This document shows positions 63,053 through 64,000 of a stretch of 64,000 bases of DNA, piece after piece. The DNA comes from Lingula anatina (Eukaryota > Animalia > Brachiopoda): contig CM120641.1 of assembly GCA_051362555.1 (NCBI GenBank), positions 46,692,401 to 46,756,400 on the forward strand. Direction: 5' to 3'. Below the pieces are notes generated by a model. It was not told where the DNA came from. It saw only the letters and a program-made list of their open reading frames with translations, and did not search any database. Every line of letters begins with the position of its first letter. Positions within the stretch are counted from its first letter, which is position 1. Both the position numbers and the translations under genes were made by a program.

Positions 63053-64000
63053 TGACATTAATTTGACGGTTACTCAATCGCATACCGTGTATATGTACAA
63101 GTTGATTAAGTCAGACCCAATCTGATCCAGAATCTTCTCATTCAGCCACATTTGTACCAGAGAGGACAGAAGCAATTACTCCATAGTTCGTGTGCTTGCT
63201 GGATAATGACACTGTTTAATCGTCTTTCACTTTATGAATACGGTTTAATAAGTGCGAACTTTAACAACTTTAGCACGTGTCTCTTCTTTCACCGAGGGGT
63301 CGATGTAAAGAATATGTTTTCCGGGTGTTTCGATAATATCAGATTTACATTGTTTATCGATTTATTATCCTTGTGTGTGTCATAGGACTGGAATCACGTC
63401 TCCCTTTGTGAATTGGTAAGAACCTTGGATTGTGGTTGTATAGATGTCAAATTGGACGGCAGTTGTTTCGTAAGGTATTCTTCAATACGAAATCAAGGTA
63501 AATTGAGTGATGCCGTCACGGTTAGCTTAGTGTGATGACAACCAGAAACATTTGAAAAAGTATTACAGTAAAGGATGCTGCTTTTAACAGGTAAAATGTG
63601 ATAATGTGTCCAAGAGGCTTATGGGGTCTATAAAGATCATGGCCAAAGAAAGTTGCTTTGTAACTAACCGCACCGTTCCCTTTGCCACCACCTTCACCAC
63701 TGTCACTTCCATTCGTCCCAAATACATCCTCTGAAATAGGAATAATTTTAAGCGAAGGAATCATTTTTCAATGACACAAGTTTCGTTAAAAAATAATCAA
63801 TTTCACACCCCTTATAATGAGCTGTAAAACGGCTGTAATACATGCGCTCACACATGCCAGTTGTTCATGACGTATACTAGTACACATTGTGACGGACGAC
63901 AGGGGCATATTGCCGTCCACTATTAATTGCTGTCTGGCTTAAATCAATTCTTGGATCCATCATCAACGGGCCTAAGATGAAAAGTCTACAAAAAAAAAAT

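Overview
AT-rich eukaryotic (metazoan, probably marine invertebrate) genomic DNA, almost entirely intronic or intergenic. No complete protein-coding gene, rRNA, tRNA or CRISPR array is supportable, and nearly all ORFs in the supplied track are noise. The window splits into two domains. Left (~1-34 kb): visibly CpG-depleted and dense in MITEs (PIF/Harbinger-type with TTA TSDs including one nested pair, hAT-like elements with 5-6 bp TSDs, fold-backs), with a few candidate small exons. Right (~37-64 kb): CpG-replete and nearly free of recognisable TEs apart from one decayed LINE 3' fragment; it holds a CCAAT/TATA-like promoter and phase-0 candidate first coding exons (40192-40257, 62148-62228) of an unidentified large + strand gene. 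At the boundary is a 2.2-kb Kolobok-like DNA transposon (TTAA TSD, GG termini, internal ~205-bp tandem array). Its in-silico removal restores an ATG-initiated, donor-terminated frame on the minus strand, suggesting it interrupts an exon of a divergent transcript. All calls are by eye; gene models are hypotheses.
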